Assembly: GCA_963788345.1 (NCBI GenBank)
Contig: CAWBGW010000039.1
Span: 3,310-67,309, forward strand
Source: an uncultured Acidobacteriota bacterium
GTDB lineage: Bacteria; Acidobacteriota; Terriglobia; Acidiferrales; UBA7541
Direction of reading: 5' to 3'
DNA: 64,000 nt
Part shown: positions 60,133 to 64,000 of the stretch, piece after piece
Numbering within the stretch: position 1 is the first letter of the stretch
Layout: every line of letters begins with the position of its first letter
Notes under the pieces: generated by a model
What the model saw: the letters and a program-made list of their open reading frames with translations, nothing else
The model's database searches: none
What the model was told of the DNA's origin: nothing
Made by a program: the position numbers and the translations under genes

Positions 60133-61044
60133 ATGGCAGAGAAAATCCGAATCATCGGAGTGCCGATGGACCTCGGCGCCAGCCGTCGCGGCGTCGATAT
60201 GGGGCCTTCGGCGCTGCGCGTCGCGGGATTGCAGGCGAAGCTGAAGCAGCTCGGGCGGCAGGTGGAAGATATCGGCAACATCATTGTGAAGCAGCCCGAG
60301 GAACAGCACTACGGCGTGAAGAACGCGAAGTATCTGGAAGAAATTTCGGTCACGTGCAAGGGACTCGCTGACATCGTTCTGAAGACGCTTGACGAAGATT
60401 TGCTGCCGCTCGTGCTGGGAGGCGACCATTCCATCGCCGTCGGAACCGCGGGCGGCGCGGCCGCGCACTACCACAAGGAATCGAAGCGAATCGGCCTCAT
60501 TTGGCTTGATGCGCACGGAGACATGAACACACCGGAGTCCTCGCCATCAGGGAACGTTCACGGCATGCCGCTCGCGTCGATCATGGGCTACGGGCCGCCT
60601 GAACTAACCGACCTGGGCGGAATCAAGCCGATGGTGGAACCGCGCAATATCGCTCTCGTGGGCATTCGCGATCTGGACGCGAAGGAACGCCGCCTCGTAA
60701 AGGATTCCGGCGTTCACATCTTCACCATGCGCGATATCGATGAGCGCGGCATGCGAGAGGTGATGGCCGAGGCGCTGCGTTTTGCGGGCGACGACACGGC
60801 GGGAATCGCTGTGAGCCTCGACATGGACTTCGTTGATCCATCGGACGCGCCCGGCGTGGGTACGCCCGTCCGCGGCGGCGTCACGTACCGCGAAGCGCAT
60901 CTCGCGCTCGAGATGATCGCCGACAGCCGCGCGATGGTGTCGTTCGAACTGGTCGAAATCAATCCCGTGATTGACCTTCACAACACGACGGCAACGCTCG
61001 GCGTCGAACTCGTCCTCTCCGGCCTGGGAAAGAAGATTCTGTGA
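60133..61044 (+). CDS. rocF: arginase
   Basis: GGDHSIAVGT, DAHGDMNTPESSPSGNVHGMPL and SLDMDFVDPSDAPGVGTP are the ureohydrolase Mn-binding motifs in the arginase pattern. The start is taken at ATG 60133. Confidence 0.9.
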   Translation: MAEKIRIIGVPMDLGASRRGVDMGPSALRVAGLQAKLKQLGRQVEDIGNIIVKQPEEQHYGVKNAKYLEEISVTCKGLADIVLKTLDEDLLPLVLGGDHSIAVGTAGGAAAHYHKESKRIGLIWLDAHGDMNTPESSPSGNVHGMPLASIMGYGPPELTDLGGIKPMVEPRNIALVGIRDLDAKERRLVKDSGVHIFTMRDIDERGMREVMAEALRFAGDDTAGIAVSLDMDFVDPSDAPGVGTPVRGGVTYREAHLALEMIADSRAMVSFELVEINPVIDLHNTTATLGVELVLSGLGKKIL

Positions 61045-61084
61045 AATCCTCGGCATTTCAAGTAGCCGCCCTACGGGTGAAACA

Positions 61085-62219
61085 ATGAGCGCCAAGAAAC
61101 GTTTGCGCGTCGGCGTGTTGTTTGGCGGGCGCTCCGGTGAGCACGAAGTGTCGCTGGCTTCAGCAGCATCGGTAATTCGCGCGCTCGATCCCGAGAAATA
61201 CGAAGTTGTGCCTATCGGCATTTCAAAAGACGGGCGGTGGCTCGTCGGAACCGGCGCTCAGAAAATGCTGCCCGATGTGCTGAAATCGGGCGAGCGCGTT
61301 GTCCTTCCGCCCGACCCCAGCGCCGCGGCCCTCGTTCCACTCGCAAGCGGCACAGGTCAGCCGAGCGTGACGGTCGACGTCGTATTTCCCGTTTTGCACG
61401 GGACTTTCGGCGAGGATGGCACCATACAGGGGCTGCTCGATCTTGCCGGACTGCCCTACGTGGGCGCGGGGGTTCTGGGTTCCGCCGTGGGAATGGATAA
61501 GGACGTTCAGAAGCGCCTCTTCGAGCAAGCGGGCTTGCCCGTTGTGCCGTTCCTTGCGATTCGGCGCTCCGAGTGGGAGAAAGATCGCGCGGCGGTCATC
61601 AAGCTGATCAAGAAGAAACTTCGATTCCCGATCTTCGTGAAGCCTGCGACGCTCGGCTCGTCGGTAGGCATGACGCGGGTGACGAAGGCGCAGGAAATTG
61701 GCCCGGCGATGGACCTGGCCGCTGAATTCGCCGCTGAAAATTGTCGTGGAACGCGGCATCGTTGGCCGGGAAATCGAGGTTTCCGTGCTGGGGAATGACG
61801 ACGTTCGCGCGTCAATACCCGGTGAGATTGTCCCGCATCGCGAATTCTACGATTATGCTGCAAAGTACCTCGAGGAAGGAACGCGGCTCGTTATTCCCGC
61901 GCCGCTTACGAAGAAGCAGGTCGCGCAGTTTCAGGACTACGCCATTCGCGCTTTCCAGGCGATCGAAGGCACGGGTATGGCGCGCTGCGATTTCTTTCTG
62001 GAGAAGCGCACCGGGAAGATCTTCGTCAACGAACTCAACACGATTCCGGGCTTCACTTCGATCAGCATGTACCCGAAGCTGTGGGAAGCATCCGGCCTAC
62101 CCTACTCAGAATTGATCGATTGCTTGATCGGGCTGGCCCTCGACCTCCACCGGGAAAAAGCCCGCACCAAATATTCGATTGAGCTTCCGCCCGGCGCCGC
62201 CGGGGCCCTCGAAACATAG
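61085..62219 (+). pseudogene. ddl: D-alanine--D-alanine ligase, one frame break
   Basis: VGVLFGGRSGEHEVSLASA...VFPVLHGTFGEDGTIQGLLD...FVKPATLGSSVG, then a frame change near 61733 to [20 protein letters not shown]...[18 protein letters not shown]. Confidence 0.92.
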
Positions 62220-62354
62220 CTGCGGCAAGCGTGGTAATGGGTCAGCTTCCGATTACTGCGCTACACGTCCAGTCGCCCTGGGAATCCAGCAGCGCAGACT
62301 GCCAAAATCACTGATTGACGGGAATCGGTGTATGCTCACGAAGCGGGAATTGAT

Positions 62355-63119
62355 ATGACGCCCACATCAAGAAACTTGACAAGATCGGCTGGGCTGCTTC
62401 TCGCAGCGTTCCTTTGCGCGAGCTTGGTTTGCGCCGACAATAAACCTTGGAAGACCAAGCCCTACCAACAGTGGAACGATAAAGACATTCAAGCCATCAT
62501 GACCGATTCGCCGTGGGTGAAGCTGACGACGATTCGGCGCACGTGGCTCCCTGTACCCATGAAGGAGATCCCGCCGCAGCAGCAGATTAACGGCGGGATC
62601 CGGGACGTGCCTAGCGTTGCCGGCGCTCCCGCATCGAATACCGGCGCGGTAAGTGGCCAGAGCGAACAGCCGGCGCAGGAACTCAACGTCTCTGTGTATT
62701 GGGACTCTTCCCGAGTAATTCGAGCTGCATCGGCGCGGCAGAGGTCGCTTCATGGTGAAATGACGGACTCACAAGTGGAACAGTACGCCACCGCTCCTCA
62801 AGAGGAATATCAGATTGCAGTCAGCATGGCGGACATGACCCCATTTATCAAGAATGACGAGAATTTCTTTCAGGCAAATTCGTCCCTAGAGATAAGAAGA
62901 ACCAAGCTCAAATTGCCGCCAAGCCATGTGGTGTATCTAAAGGACTCGGGTGGTAATTTGAAGCAAGCGGTGTTTTTCTTTCCGAAGAAGACCTCGTCCG
63001 ACCCAACCATCCCGAGTGATGAGACGGATGTGGAATTCAGGTGCAAAATCGCGGACTCGAACCTGCACGTCGGTTTCAAGCCCCAGGAAATGACAGACCA
63101 GGCCGGCCCTGACCTTTAG
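62355..63119 (+). CDS. exported hypothetical protein
   Basis: It has a signal peptide (MTPTSRNLTRSAGLLLAAFLCASLVCA). GC is lower than in the flanks. No family was firmly recognised. Confidence 0.6.
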   Translation: MTPTSRNLTRSAGLLLAAFLCASLVCADNKPWKTKPYQQWNDKDIQAIMTDSPWVKLTTIRRTWLPVPMKEIPPQQQINGGIRDVPSVAGAPASNTGAVSGQSEQPAQELNVSVYWDSSRVIRAASARQRSLHGEMTDSQVEQYATAPQEEYQIAVSMADMTPFIKNDENFFQANSSLEIRRTKLKLPPSHVVYLKDSGGNLKQAVFFFPKKTSSDPTIPSDETDVEFRCKIADSNLHVGFKPQEMTDQAGPDL

Positions 63120-63322
63120 GCAGCTCCGCCGTAAAACCACGCGTTCCGCAGTTCCTACCACGCGGAGAGATTCAGCAATCGGGCGGTTAGTCGCGTAATC
63201 GGACATTTACCATACTAGAACCCCAGGCCGCTGCAGAAACAACCGGATGGCGTCGGTTGGGCTGTGCTCGCTCATTCTGCCGTCAGGAATACTGAGGGCA
63301 GGCTATAGCAGTTCTCTCTTCA

Positions 63323-64000
63323 TTAGCTTCTGTTAAAGGTGTGTTGAGTGAGCGTATCGAGGAGCAACCGCGCCGATCTTGGCACGGCTACTTCATTGTG
63401 AAGCACTATTTCCCTGGCCCTGATCTTCTTCCCGTAGATGCGCTGGTTAGCCTCGTTGTCCGGGCGCAGTGTGGATCCCTCCAGGGAAATCCCGGCAAAG
63501 AGACCTCGAGATCGCGAGTAGGTGAGTATTTCGGCACGGAAAGTGGCATCGGTATCCGCTTCAGCGTCGCGTCCGAACGGGCCAAGGGCCACCGTTGCGT
63601 CGGCACCTAGCTTTACTTTGCTGCTGAGTATGGCATTCGCACCGCGACGATTCATGACCAGGAGAATGAAGTCGGTCGCCTGACCACCAATCTGGAGTCC
63701 GTAGCTTCCTCCTTCCAGTGCCATCATCGTCGGAGCGCCCCAAGGTCCCCGGAAATTCTCGCCGCTGCGGCAGGTCATCGCCCCGCGACCGTAGCCGGCG
63801 CCAACGATGAAAGCTGCTTTTAACACCGACGGGATGACAATCACACAATCCGCTTTGTTCAGCAGCTTTTGTGGAATGTCGTCGGGGATGTTCATCAGCT
63901 CCCTGGCAACCACTCCGGAATTTTGCAGGCGATCTTCATCTTTCGCGCCATCGCGTGCGCGTGTGGGAACCGAGTTGAACAGAGTTAGCACGGCGATCGT
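63323..64000 (-). CDS. SYLF (Ysc84/DUF500) lipid-binding domain protein, N-terminus beyond the right edge
   Basis: CVIVIPSVLKAAFIVGAGYGRGAMTCRS...GLQIGGQATDFILLVMN...GADATVALGPFGRDAEA is the typical SYLF pattern. The ORF stays open to the window end. Confidence 0.75.
   Translation of the reverse strand, partial: TIAVLTLFNSVPTRARDGAKDEDRLQNSGVVARELMNIPDDIPQKLLNKADCVIVIPSVLKAAFIVGAGYGRGAMTCRSGENFRGPWGAPTMMALEGGSYGLQIGGQATDFILLVMNRRGANAILSSKVKLGADATVALGPFGRDAEADTDATFRAEILTYSRSRGLFAGISLEGSTLRPDNEANQRIYGKKIRAREIVLHNEVAVPRSARLLLDTLTQHTFNRS

Noticed and set aside
1-64000. Search by eye for tRNA, rRNA, transposase, integrase, reverse transcriptase or phage genes.
   Set aside because: None was found. 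The only GGTTCGAATC-like strings lie inside coding regions (asnS and the SnoaL-like gene). The low-GC islets therefore lack visible mobility genes. A tRNAscan or Infernal run is still advisable.

Overview
64-kb chromosomal segment from a high-GC bacterium (roughly 60-65% GC by eye). It is most likely Acidobacteriota, based on an ADOP-type orphan duplicated permease, an operon of three exported amidohydrolases and GC-rich REP-like palindromes in the intergenic gaps. I can support about 60 protein-coding genes. They include core metabolism (metH, pckG, asnS, ddl, arginase, ggt, and a scattered beta-oxidation set of acyl-CoA dehydrogenase, thiolase and 3-hydroxyacyl-CoA dehydrogenase). There is also a CysO/Mec/CysM/MoeZ thiocarboxylate cysteine-synthesis operon with a CDGSH protein, PilZ and GGDEF c-di-GMP parts, several peptidases and many exported hypothetical proteins. 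I saw no rRNA, tRNA, CRISPR array, transposase, integrase or reverse transcriptase. The dominant feature is about 37 reading-frame breaks in about 22 otherwise well-conserved genes, while metH (3.6 kb), the fadN-like gene (2.4 kb) and the S9 peptidase (2.1 kb) are intact. I read most breaks as assembly or sequencing indels, but their uneven distribution deserves checking. Genes needing a frame change are typed pseudogene, meaning as sequenced. Candidates for new biology are modest. The first is a low-GC single-gene DUF262-HNH nuclease insert next to a decayed DUF433/DUF5615 pair, with CAGGGTTTG...CAAACCCTG hairpin repeats at both ends of the 5.5-kb segment that holds them. The second is an edge-truncated DUF4062 (STAND-type) gene at the left border. 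The others are an amidohydrolase operon with one catalytic and two degenerate paralogues, a lipoprotein-type DUF62 enzyme, and a translationally coupled pair of Cys-rich unknowns. No complete multi-gene novel system is visible. All family calls come from motif recognition by eye, because no searches could be run.
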